From Octopus sinensis (Eukaryota): 64,000 nucleotides of DNA. The position numbers and the translations under genes were made by a program. The notes beneath the pieces were generated by a model, which was not told the DNA's origin, made no database searches, and saw only the letters and a list, made by a program, of their open reading frames with translations. The stretch is taken from NCBI RefSeq assembly GCF_006345805.1, contig NC_043001.1, positions 133,920,001 through 133,984,000 of the forward strand, read 5' to 3'. Shown in pieces: positions 11,801-25,200 of the stretch. Within the stretch, counting starts at the first letter, position 1; each line of letters begins with the position of its first letter.

Positions 11801-14800
11801 CATTGTATCAGATACAAGTTGATTCTAGCTTAGCCTATGTCATGAGCCAGGGATTAGCTCTGTTTCAAGGTCTATAAGTGAATGAGATTGCAACAATCCC
11901 ACCTGAACAGAACACCAGTCTGTTGCAGAGTTAACTTCCCAGCTATTGCTGGAACTCATTTACCATTGAGTGGCCTGGAGCAACAGGAAATGAAGTGTTT
12001 TGCTCAATAACACAGCACATAGCCTGATCTGGAAATTGAAACCACAACTGTATGATTAGGAGTGCAACACCTAAACCACCAGGTCACATGCCTTCACAGA
12101 TGTCAACAGAAGAATGTAAAGTCAGTTGAATACAATATTAGAATGGTGTCTCTCTACTGGCATTGCACTGTCCTTAATAAACGTAATTCTTCATGAATCA
12201 GTCTATTTAACAGAAACAGCACTCATGTGGAACAACAGCTCACATCATTAAGTTGATTTGATACTGTATAATTTTCAGTGTTGATCATGAATACTCCTTA
12301 TAGTATTCCGACAGAGTAAGAAGAAACGATTTCAAAGTACTTTCCATTGATTCTCATCATAATAGTGGTTTCCATTGGCATCACAAAGCTAATAATAATA
12401 AATCAGACAACATGAAGAGATTTAGAGATTCAAGTCAGAAATATTATCTCTTAAGACGGACATTTCGATTCATTTCATATTCATCAGAGGAGTTTTTTAA
12501 AGCATAAACTAGAAATGGTAATATATCAGTGTGGTCAAGCAGACCTATATTAACATAGATAAGCTAGTACTGTATGTTGAGGCCTTACCCAGTAGAAAAT
12601 TAATTGGCATGGAATATCAGTGTTACTGGCAGAGTAAACATTATAAAGGAATCTCTAAGTGGTTGATCTATCTGTTAGAAACAGCAGTCAAATCTTCCTC
12701 AAATTGCACTCTATGTTCTTAAAAAAAGGAAGGGTAATATTTTCAAAACCTATATTTATCCAATATAACCTAATAATCTAATATATATATTCATAATATA
12801 TCTAAAATAGGTCGAATTAAAAAAACAAGTAAAGTATAAAACCCTAAAAATATGACCAATTATTTCATACCAATTATTTCATATGTATTCCTAGAGAGCC
12901 CTAAAAAGATAGTGTGGCCATACCTGGATTGTCTTTAATCATAGGTCTACTTGATCAAATATGACCGAAGACTAAACAACTCCAGTTGTGGTATATATCT
13001 GAGGAAGACGTGTTACTTGCTTAGTGCCAGGTCATCGGTCACAGCAGATGTATGAGCAAAGACATTCTGTCAAACATTATAGATTGTATTATTCCTGAAT
13101 GGTCGTTTGATGTAATTTCTTGCAGATTGAACTACAAATTGCTATTACTAGAATTACCAATCCTAAAGGAAATTTCGATACAGATCAGAGAGTTGAATTA
13201 AGCCTCTGTCTATTTCCATTGCCATTTCATATCTTAATAAAAAGACACAGACAACAAGCTAGTTGGAAATCATCTACACGAAAATAGTTCTAGCATTATT
13301 GACCTCCACCTTAGCGAAGGCGGAGGTATTGTTTTCAGTTGTGTTTGTTTGTTAGTCCATAAACAAGATATCTCAAGAACCCCTGGACGGATTCTGATGA
13401 AACTTTCAGGGATGTTTGGCCTCATCACTGGCATGAACTTATTAGATTTCAAAATCGATCCAGTTCTGGACAAGGATTCTAGATTATTTTTACTTAATTT
13501 TTGAGAGCAGTTGGGTTCATTTTTATTATTCTCGTTTGTAAGAGCAGTCGAGTTTATTTCAGATATTCTCATTTTAAAAATCATCTCTAGCTAATCGTTG
13601 AGAGGACATTGGTGTTACCTTGGTGGAGGTTTGTGCTCTCTGGGTGTTCTTGTTCATATTTAGAATTAATAGTGGTGAACTGGCAGAATCATTAATACAC
13701 CGGGCAAAATGCTTTATGTTCTGAGTTCAAGTTCTGCTGAAGTTGACTTTGCCTTTTATCCTTTCAGGGTCAATAAAATAAAGTACCAGTTGAAAATTTA
13801 CTTAATCCCTTAACCTGAAATTGATGTGTACCAAAATTTGAAACCAATATTTAGAATTAAATGCTAATGGTAATATATTATCAACGTATTTCTTTTCACT
13901 AAAAAGTGTTCCCTTTTAAACTGAGGGAAGAATTTGTATCTATGTTTGTACACAGGCAGAAGACCCAACATTGTAAATAATAGGGAGTTGTTGGGGTAGA
14001 TATTGAAGGATATGGTTTTGATGTATTTATTTGTTCTTTCAAATGGTGTAATGTTAGGAGAGAGAGAGAGAGAGAAAAAAAGCCCCAGTTGATATGTTCT
14101 TTGTTAATCTTCATTACCAAACTGCCCCAGTTGATATGTTCTTTGTTAATCTTTATTACCAAACTGCATTGGAAACTTAATTTTTCATTACCTCTTGCTG
14201 CTGAAAAATATCTGTATATTTGCCAAGTCCTAATTTGCTGAATAACTCAGCCAGATCTGTTTCAGATGACCAAGCCAATACCTTTGTGGGGAGAGTTGCA
14301 CTATCTGCATGGTTGCTATTACTTAGACCAAATTCAACTGAAAAATAAACATGGAAAGGAAATTAAGTGAATATATACAAAAACACAAATATATACAAAA
14401 ATATATACAAAAAAAAAGGCGGCGAGCTGGCAGAAACGTTAGCACGTCGGGCGAAATGCGTAGCCATATTTCGTCTGCCGTTACGTTCTGAGTTCAAATT
14501 CCGCCGAGGTCGACTTTGTCTTTCATCCTTTCGGGGTCGATAAATTAAGTACCAGTTACGCACTGGGGTTGACGTAATCGACTTAATCCATTTGTCTGTC
14601 CTTGTTTGTCCCCTCTGTGTTTAGCCCCTTGTGGGCAGTAAAGAAACATATACAAAAACACATGCAGACACACACATATACATTTATTTTTGATGCTGGC
14701 TTTTCATGCTAGCATGAATTAGATAAGTATATTATTTAAGGCATTGCTATGTAGCTGGATGCTCTTTCTGTCACTAAAGTTTACCTGCATCTCAAGAAAG

Positions 14801-17729
14801 GGATCTCTTATACCACAAGTTATCGAAGGAGCAAAGTTGATGGACAGCTTGTTGACAATAGCATCAACCCATAACCGAGGGATATTCAAAGATGGGTAAA
14901 TGTAAACAAAGGCACAGACAAACACACATGCTTGTACATTCTCTCTCTCTCTTTCACACACTCGTTTCTGTTTACCAAATCCACTATCAAGGCTTTGGTC
15001 AGCCCAAGGCTCTTAGTAGTATGCACTTGTCTAAGATTCTGTACAATAGGACCGAACCCTGAAAATAACTTCTCTTATTCGTCAAGGACTGCAAAGCTGA
15101 AAACATCCACAAGGAGTTTTAATGATGGATAAACTTCACTGCATCATTCATTATGTGTTACAGTAAAGAATGTGATGTGAAATACCAGGTTAGCAAAAAT
15201 AAGTATTCTACTAGAATTACATAAAAGTGAATTTCACCTTATGCGTTATAGACATATTAAATTACTAAAATTCTACTGTCTTAAACTATGTGTGTGTGTG
15301 CGTGCACACTCTTTTACTCTTTTACTTGTTTCAGTTATTTTGACTGCGGCCATGCTGGAGCACCACCTTTAGTCGAGCAAATCAACCCCGAGACTTATTC
15401 TTTGTAAGCCCAGTACTTATTCTATCGGTCTCTTATGCCGAACCGTTAAGTGATGGAGACGTAAACACACCAGCATCGGTTGTCAAGCAATGCTAGGGGG
15501 ACAAACACAGACACACAAACACACACACACACATATATATATATATACATATATACGACAGGCTTCTTTCAGTTTCCGTCTACCAAATCCACTCACAAGG
15601 CATTGGTCGGCCCGGGGCTATAGCAGAAGACACTTGCCCAAGATGCCACGCAGTGGGACTGAACCCGGAACCATGTGGTTGGTTAGCAAGCTACTTACCA
15701 CACAGCCACTCCTGCGCCTTGCACACAGAAATTTTTATGTATGTATATAATGGGCAATAGAACATAAGGAAGATTATAGGATGAATAAGTTATACTTTAC
15801 TACTGTTAGCTTATGCCACCATGGGAAAATAAATATTAAAATGATGAGAATAATGGGTTGTATTTCTCAACCATTTTTGCTTGCATAATTAACACAACTA
15901 CAATATTAGGATGGAGTAAAATTAAGACTTACATCTCTTTTTAGGACTGGAATATTCCCACAATGGTGTGGGCATTTGAGTATTTAAAGCTTTTGTAGAA
16001 TCCTTCCAAGGATCACGATTAACTTCTGGAAAATCTGTCATATTTTGCTATGAAAAGAAGAAAGAAAACTTCTGTCTAGTCTAATCATACGAAAAGATGG
16101 AACAAAGAACAAATTTCGATAAGTTTAACCCTTTAGTGTTCAAATTATTCTATCAAACATAATGCTTATTGATTCATATTGATTTGAATTAATCATGCAT
16201 TGTCTCATATCTTCAAGATCTTGATGGTGTAATTACCTAATGTTGAATAACATTGTAGGGTAGGTGTGAGAGCCTGGATCTGATCAGTTTGAACATAAAA
16301 CAGATTAACTATTTTGGCTGGATATAACCGGTTTAAATACTAAAGGGTTAAACCACAAAATAAATTGTTTTTTAATTGATTGATTGAACAATTTAATTTG
16401 AAAGCATTTTTTTTTTCATGTAAGGCAGATATTTGGAAGAAAAATAGACATAAATAATGTGAAATGTTGCAATTTCTTTTTATTGTACCATTATTTGTAG
16501 ATTATGTCAGTATACCAGTTATCATGATTTCTAAAATGGGGTCTGGTTATTCTAATAGAATATAAGGCATGCTGAAGATGATAGTTATATCTTCTCTGAC
16601 TACTCCTACATAGTAAAGTAGGTTTATCTACCTTATTTCACATACCCTACAATACTACAAATGAGCCCTCAACTTCTGATAGGAGCACCATCATGACATA
16701 CAACAAGTCTTGAACTTTTAAAAATCTGGCAAATGTCCAGTCGTCTCTAGAGAGGACTGGACCTTCAGTCCTCTCTAGAGACGACTGGACTTTGCCAGAT
16801 GGTTTTCCCAGAGAGACAGACAAACAGTTGGAGGAGGGGGGGTAAAACAATTCCAGTACTGAGCTGGTGCTTTATTGACCTGAAAGGAAGGAAGGGAAGA
16901 AGGAAAATTTTATCTCAGCAAATTTGGATTCAGAGTAGATGGAGCTGGAATAACTATCACAAGGTATTGTATCTGATGGGCGGCAGGCTGGCAGAAACGT
17001 TAGCACGACGGGTGAAATGCGTAGCCGTATTTTGTCTGCCGTTACGTTCTGAGTTCGAATTCCGCCGAGATCGACTTTGCCTTTCATCCTTTCAGGGTCG
17101 ATAAATTAAGTACCAGTTACACACTGGGGTCGATGTAATCGACTTAATACCTATGTCTGTCCTTGTTTGTCCCCTCTGTGTTTAGCCCCTTGTGGGTAGT
17201 AAAGAAATAGGTATTGTATCTGATGCTCTAGCAACTCTGCCAGTTTACCACATATAATGACAATATATGACTAAATTCAGAATTAATACAATTTCTATTT
17301 AGTCTGTCTTCATTTCTTTCATTGATTTCAGCCACTTAATAGAGACCATGCTGGGGAGCTGGTTACAAGGTTTTTAGTTGATTATGCTGACACTAATACT
17401 TTACCTGGCATTTAGTGGATCTGATAAGGGACAAAAAAATCTAGTTAACATTGGTATAAAGCGACATGACTTATACAGAACTAAAACTTTATTTTTGTTC
17501 AATGCATTTCCTTCATCTCTGGCTGTCTACCAAATTTCACTTAGAAGGAAACCATTCATCTCAGACCATAGTAGACGACACTTGCCTAAAGTACTTTGCA
17601 GAAGGATTATACACAGAACAAAGGAGCTGCAAAATTAACATTGTAACCATGTGGCCATTTAAAAATAAAATATTAGAAATTTACTTGTTAATTAAATGAA
17701 ATGTGAGAAGCCTTATTATTTTTACTATT

Positions 17730-17769
<40 letters not shown>

Positions 17770-19741
17770 GGGTGGTGGGTTAGCAGAGTCATTAGAGTGT
17801 CAAGCTGCCTTGTAGTAATTATGGCCTTTTATGAGTTGAACATTTATAGATCAGTGTCCACAAAAAGACCTGGGCAGAGTGAATGTTCTGGAAGAGAAAG
17901 ACAGGTCAAACGTTTCGTTTGTTGGTATGTGTGTGAACACAGCATGGTTGGCAGGGAGAGGAAAGAGAAAGATAGGTGGGTGGAAGGAGTATGTAGTTGA
18001 GAAGCTGTAGTGATATAAGAACAAGAGGGGGAACTGCATAAGAATAGTTTTATTAATAGAACAAAAGAATCTTATTCTTCAGAACTGAAGAGAAACAAAT
18101 GAAACAATTAGAAAGTAATTAAATTGAATAATTAATTATATAAAAAGCAATTAAAGTAGACTTACTTGGTAGGGAGGAGTTATGAGATTATAGTCACTGT
18201 AGTTTGATGTGCTTTGTCCAAGACGATTCCGAATAACTGATTCTGGTAAAGACTTTGAGAATCCCATGCCAGACCAAGTGTTGGTTGGAACCCTAGACTC
18301 GCCAACTGGTTTCTTTTGCATTGCTAATAAAAAAAATAGAAGAAACAAGATCATGAGAGACAGCAGGCTCTTCATTTGAAGTTATATTTGGGTTTAACAG
18401 ATTTTAACTAATAACTGTTTATCATAGTTTTAAAACCGGTACACTAAATCCTTGCATGATGTTAGACATGACTTGCCAAAAACATTGCCTAAAACGAAAA
18501 GAAAGAAACCCCATGCTAGCATAGAAAATCACATACAATCTCCAAAAAGACAATGACATTGATGAAAATAAAAACTTAGGTTTAAAATTTTCTGACTTTT
18601 CAAGGTTACAGTTATCACATCAAGTTTACCCTCTCATACTAAGAAATAAGAAATTTATTATTAATTCTTAAGTTCTGCTTCTTGAAAAACATGTAGCATT
18701 ATCCACCCTCTTTCCAACAACAACCTTGAGTACCTTTTTGAATTCCATATATCTAACACCAGTGGATATGCTTGCAAAATCAAAAAACAATACAGCACCC
18801 ATAACTTTTGGAAACATTTTTTTATGCTGGATATTGCTGAAGCATGAAATAAAATACCTGCACTAGTTGTTAGCTGATGGGGCACTACATCCTTCAAAAC
18901 TTTTATGGTTCCTGAAACTCACCAACAGTACCCCCTGATGCCACCCACCCCACACTTTTCCTTTTAAACAACTCATCCATTGTTCACTTCCCGTGTATAT
19001 GGTATGTATTGTACACGTTTTTTCAAAAACATTCTTTTTTATTGTGTGTTAACTTTAGTGAGAATGCAAATGAAATTGTGTAGAAAGGTGGGTACTATTC
19101 TGAATGAACAAATTTTAAGGGGAACAATTAACTATTTACTATTCTAGTAACAAAAAATCAAAAACAAAAGAGATAACCACAAATTTTAAATTAAGTTAAA
19201 TATGGAATATAATCGGGGTTAAGTTTAATCTTTAAGAAAATGGTGACAACTTTGGGAATGTTTTGGTGGAGCTATAGCTAAAGTAGGATTACAAAATAAT
19301 AGAAACAACCAGAGATGTAGGATTTTTGCAAATGAATACAGAACGACATTAATAAATAGCGAAGTCAAGGAAAACAACTCATTGTAGTTGAATTACTTCC
19401 CTTGGTATTTCTTTTAACTATAATCCTTGCCATGTGTAAATTATTGAAGCACAATCGTAACTATAAACAAATTATTTTAAAGTAAGGCCTGTAGGGCGAG
19501 AGTCTGGAGTTAAAATATGTAAAATATTTTTGATACTTTTTTCAGTGAAATGAATTTAATATCATATTTTAAAAATTTATAAAGACTTTTTTCAAAGAGG
19601 TCACTTTCACAAATGACCTTCTTTGAAAGTGTTCCATGCTCGTTACCGAAACCTTTTCCAAAACTAAAGTTTTATTTCTAAATGTCATTTCTGATGTTAC
19701 ACAGTTTATCTTGTCCAGTGGTGACTTTATTAGATGTCAGG

Positions 19742-19777
<36 letters not shown>

Positions 19778-20839
19778 ATATATTATATATATATATAAAG
19801 TTAATCCAAACATGAAAGCACAAAGAGAAAACAACAACGCGAGGACGTGGAACAAATATAGTATTATTGGACACTTAGGAAAGAAGGAGGGTTTAACGTT
19901 TCGAACGGAGCTCTTCGTCAGAAACATAGGAGAAGGAAAGATCCAGAGAAGGGATGACAGAGGAAAAAATATCGCCAACGATTCACACGCGGTCACACAC
20001 ACACTTTATTAAAAAGTAGCAAAAATATCACGAAAACTGTTACTCAGAGTTTCATGTTCCTGTGATATTTTAAAAACCGTCCGACGAATGGGAATGTGAA
20101 ACTCTGAGTAACAGTATTCGTGATATTTTTGCTGCTATTTTTTCCACCTTGTTTTGCATTTATGTGCTTCCTCTGGTGAGTGTGTGTATGTATATATGTG
20201 TGTGTGCTCTTTAAGGCAGTGAATTGACAGAATTGTTAGCACATTGAGCAAAATGCTTAGCAACAATTCACCCATATTTACATTCTAAGTTCAAATTCTG
20301 TCAAGGTTGACTTTGCATCTTAACCTTTCAGAGTTGATGAAATATACCAGTTAAGCACTGGAGTCAATGTAACTAACTCATCCTATCTCATCAAATTTTA
20401 GGCATTGTGCCTATAGTAGAAAGGATATATTTGAGCTTTTGTCTGCCAAGTACAAAACATGGATTCAAATATTTTCCAGAGATGAGAATCTGATTTTATG
20501 GAGGGGTTTCATAGTTTTCCCAATAATTGTTTATCCAAAGTTCTTTTGTTTGGTGTTTTCCAATGAGAAGTCTTTTGAGTGGGAGACTTCTTCTAATTTC
20601 ATCAATGTTATAATATTAATAACAGTTCTATGGACAAGTTTATATATAGAATCTATATAGAATCTATAAACGCAGGAGTGGCTGTGTGGTAAGTAGCTTG
20701 TTTACCAACCATATGGTTCCGGGTTCAGTCCCACTGCGTGGCACCTTGGGCAAGTGTCTTCTACTATAGCCTCGGGCCGACCAAAGCCTTGTGAGTGGAT
20801 TTGGTAGACGGAAACTGAAAGAAGCCCGTTGTATATATG

Positions 20840-20872
<33 letters not shown>

Positions 20873-22191
20873 TTGTGTGTCTGTGTTTGTTCCCCTAGCA
20901 TTGCTTGACAACTGATGCTGGTGTGTTTACGTCCCCGTCACTTTGCGGTTTGGCAAAAAGAGACCGATAGAATAAGTACTGGGCTTACAAAAGAATAAGT
21001 CCCGGGGTCGATTTGCTCGACTAAAGGCGGTGCTCCAGCATGGCCGCAGTCAAATGACTGAAACAAGTAAAAGAGAGAAAGAGAGATAGTCTCTGCCTCT
21101 TGTGTTCACATGTGTGTGAGTGCATGCATGAGAGAGAGAGAGAGAGAAAGAAAGAGGGAGATAATGAAAAAGATGTGTTAATGAAAAGAAATGTTTGAAT
21201 TGAAAAGTCATTTTAAAAATTTTTTATAGGCATGAACTGAAAAACGAAGTATTGCATATTTCTTTACCTTTCGTAGCTAATAATTTCCTGTGTTCGTAAT
21301 CAACATCAGTTGTTTGTTGAAGACTGGAGTTATTTGGAAAGAAACCATTACCACTTGTGGCACATTTCTTCCTTTCACTTCCTGGGGCCCATTTATCAGA
21401 TCCTTCAGAGTCATTGCCAGATTCAGATGATCGTTCACTACTGAAATTAGAATCAGTTTAAGTAAACAAGTCAGAATTTATTTTGAAAAAAACACAACAT
21501 TAGTTTTTCTGAGGGAAGATTTGAAGGAAGACTTTATGCCATCATCATCACTTAACATCCACTTCTCTATACTTTCATAGGTGATACAGAGTTTATTGAG
21601 GTTGATTTTTCTATGACTGGATGCCTTTCCTGTCACCAAACCTCACATGTTTCCAAAGCAAAGTAATATTTTCCCATGGCCAGACATACTTTTCATGGAA
21701 GACTGGAAACAAACAACATTATTTGTATGACAATGATGCTCTTATGCAACCATTACATGATGTCAAGGCAAGAGTACAAATACACAACTGAGACAGTATT
21801 AAATTAAAACAGCCATCTATGCATCATACTTAATAGGCCAGTTACAGCAGTATTTGTCCTGAGAGAACATCTCTTATAGACTTGGATTTGCTGTGTTAAA
21901 AAAAAATATCGGGGAGAAAAGAAAATTCTCCCCAACAGTGACCAGCAAGGGTGCCAGATGTGTCTCAACCTTTTTGAGCCTTTTCACATGGTTAAACAAG
22001 AATCCATCATGTCTGATATAGGGAAGAGTAAATGTTTAAACAGAAATAATTAATACGTTATTTACATTCGAAGGATATTTGTCATCTTGTTTGCTGTTAA
22101 CACAACGTTTTGGCTGATATGCCCTTCAGCCTTCTTCAGGTGTGTTGGGGAAATTTCAAACCTGGGTTCTCATTCCTAAGGTATTTTTCAA

Positions 22192-22222
<31 letters not shown>

Positions 22223-25200
22223 GTTGTTGTTGTTATTGGAAACTAAAAGAAGCAGCACATATGCTAGGACACAACAACCTCCTAAGCAGACCAAGTGCAG
22301 ATATGAGCAGCATATGGGAAGGATAGAAAAATATCAGATTTATAAGCCCTAAAATTCACTCCATAATTGCCCATGGGCATATGGCGTAGTGGTTAAGAGC
22401 ACAGGCTACTAATCCCAAGATTCCGAACAATAATAATAATAACCCAGATTCAAAATTTCCCCAACACACCTGAAAAAGGTCAGAAGGTATATCAGCCGAC
22501 TCGTTACGTTAACAACAAACAAGATGAGAATAAATATCTGTTGAATGTAAATAATGTACATAAATCCTCATCTCTTAAATATAGAACAAAAATAATTAAT
22601 GTTGATGATAGCAGCTATTAAAAAATAACCTTAGTATATAAAACAGAGTTTGTGTGCGTATGTTCCTTATAGATTCAAAAACTTAGTTGCTGATTTTGAC
22701 ACATGGGGTATCAAAAGATACGTCAATCTTTCGGCTACCAAATAAAGTGTGTCTTTTGCACAACAACTACATTTTTTTACTACAAAAATAACCTTGAAAA
22801 CTAGGTCAGGTTGCACAATTTTCAGGTCTTTAGCTAAAGGAGACAACTCTACCTGAACAATTTTTAAGTCTTAGAAAATGTTTAAGATACATGGAGTTTT
22901 ACCAGGGAATGAAACTTTGAAGATATACCATCAACTGTATAGGTATTATTCAGTAGATAATCTTTTAATGTGAAGTATGTTTGTGTTTTGTTTGGCCCAG
23001 TGTTGCTTCTGATGTAGCAGATACACTGCATAGTTTTTTTTATCTTTTCTTCTTCCTGAAATACTGTCAATCTGTGCCTTCCTTTTGATGAAAGAGTGTG
23101 TTTTAAGAGAGATTTGGCCATTTGTAGTAGTTCAAATTACCACAAACACACCTCTGTGTGTGTTTTGTTGTGGTGAAAAAAATACTTTTTCTCAATATTT
23201 TACACAATAATTTTTTAAGGAATCTGGACATCTTTCTTACTGCTAATGCTGGGGTGCATTACTAATAATGAAGAAATAAGAAAATGAGAGAACAAATAAG
23301 GAAAGAGAACAAGATGCCTAAAGATACCATGAACATCTATTGGTGATCAACAGGATACTTTAACAAGAGCTACATCTATCAGGGCAGGGAACTTGAGTAT
23401 GAAAAGTTCACCATCTGCGGCTCCAAGAAGTTTCAACTATCAGTGATCAGTAGAGATCATGACTAAATATTTCAACAAGGGATACGGTCATGAGGAGAAA
23501 ATGGGGCACAGAGCACCATAAGCTGTATAACAAAGACCATTTCATTGAAAGTATACACATAAGAAATATTCACTAGACATGGTAGCTGAGTCTGTTGGTA
23601 GGTTTACTACTTACTGAAGAGAAGATGCTAGTTCTCCATTTGAAATCGTTGTCTGCAACTTGGCCATGGGTGACGATGGTTTACCAAGGTCAAGTAAACC
23701 CAAAGTTAGGTCATTGTTAAACATGTTGTTGAATTTACTGGAATACTGGAAATCAGCTGGAATAGAAAATTTGTATTATATTACATACATACACACACAC
23801 ATATATTATTTTAGGTAGTTGTTGGTTATGGCCAATCAGAAAGTTATCTATGGTTTTACATCTATTATTGCACCTCAACAATATAGGCAACTTATCAGAT
23901 GCTGGAAAAGGTAGTAAAGCTAGTATTTATGACTTGTTATGCTGACCACTTATTGGTAGGATTACAACAGTTACCAGATATTGAGGCCACAGGTATGGGA
24001 GATTTGGTGTCCAGAGTTAGAGTGTTTATGGGAAACAAGACACAAAAACTCACAGTAGTGGTTATTGTGGGACAGAGTGCAACGAGATAGAAAATGTGAG
24101 CAATGAGGGCCAGTTAGAGGGAAGGGGACAAGTACAAACATTTAACCTTTTAGCATTTAAACCAGCTATATGAGGCCCAAATATTCTACCTGCTTAATGA
24201 ACAAACCAGCCAGATCTGGCCTTTCACACCTGCCCTATAATATCATTCTAGAACAAACCATCACGCCATCAAAATCTTAAAGCTATGAGATAATGCATGA
24301 TTAATTCATAATAATGTGAATAAAGCTTTACATTTGACAATAATCTGACTGCTAAAGTTTCAGATGTCACAGGCCACACTATGATCAGGGATTGTAAGGA
24401 GTTCAAGCCTAGTTTGATGTGCAACTAATGTAACCAGGCAAGTCATATAGCAAGCCATTGTAACCTGAGAAAGGAAGGGGGATTAGTGTGCTGGTAGCTA
24501 CTTCGTCAACTGCTTATGATGAAAGTCCCAGTAGTGGAGAGCACAACAAGAGCCTTGATTGGTACAAGTTGCATGATAACTCTAGTGACTTCATGGCTGG
24601 TGGACAGCTAGGGTGGAATGAGCAGCATAAGGGTGGTTGTTGAGAGAAAGGTTCAGTGTAGCGATACCAGCACCATAGAATTGATGGTACAGGAGTGCAG
24701 TTGACAGTCAAGGTGATTGGCCAACTGGGAGCATGAAACTATTTCCATTGTTCACTCTTTTCCATTACATAAACGTATGAACCAATCAAGAAAAAAACCT
24801 TACATGGTAACTAGACCTGCATGAAACACCCACTAAATTTCCCTCAAAGCACACCTTACTGTCTTATGAAAGAAAACATTGGACAATGTAGCATTTGCTA
24901 TATCAACACACATAATTTCTTTATAACATAGGTCTATTAAACCAGGATTGAACTGTTACTAAACAGCAATCTAGGGAGATGAGAGAAGTTGTCATGACCT
25001 TGACAAGACTTAAAGGGTGCTCTCAGACCTAAATTGTCTCCATTCATTCACTAATTACTTTACAGAGTGTACCAGGAAGGCATTTTATCATGACACTAGC
25101 ATGAGTTAAAGTCATTTTGTGGCCAAAGCTAAAGAGTTTTCTCTATTTTGTGGTGTCTCTTTTCATTCAAGGTAACATGATCAAGAGTATGAAGGAGAAT

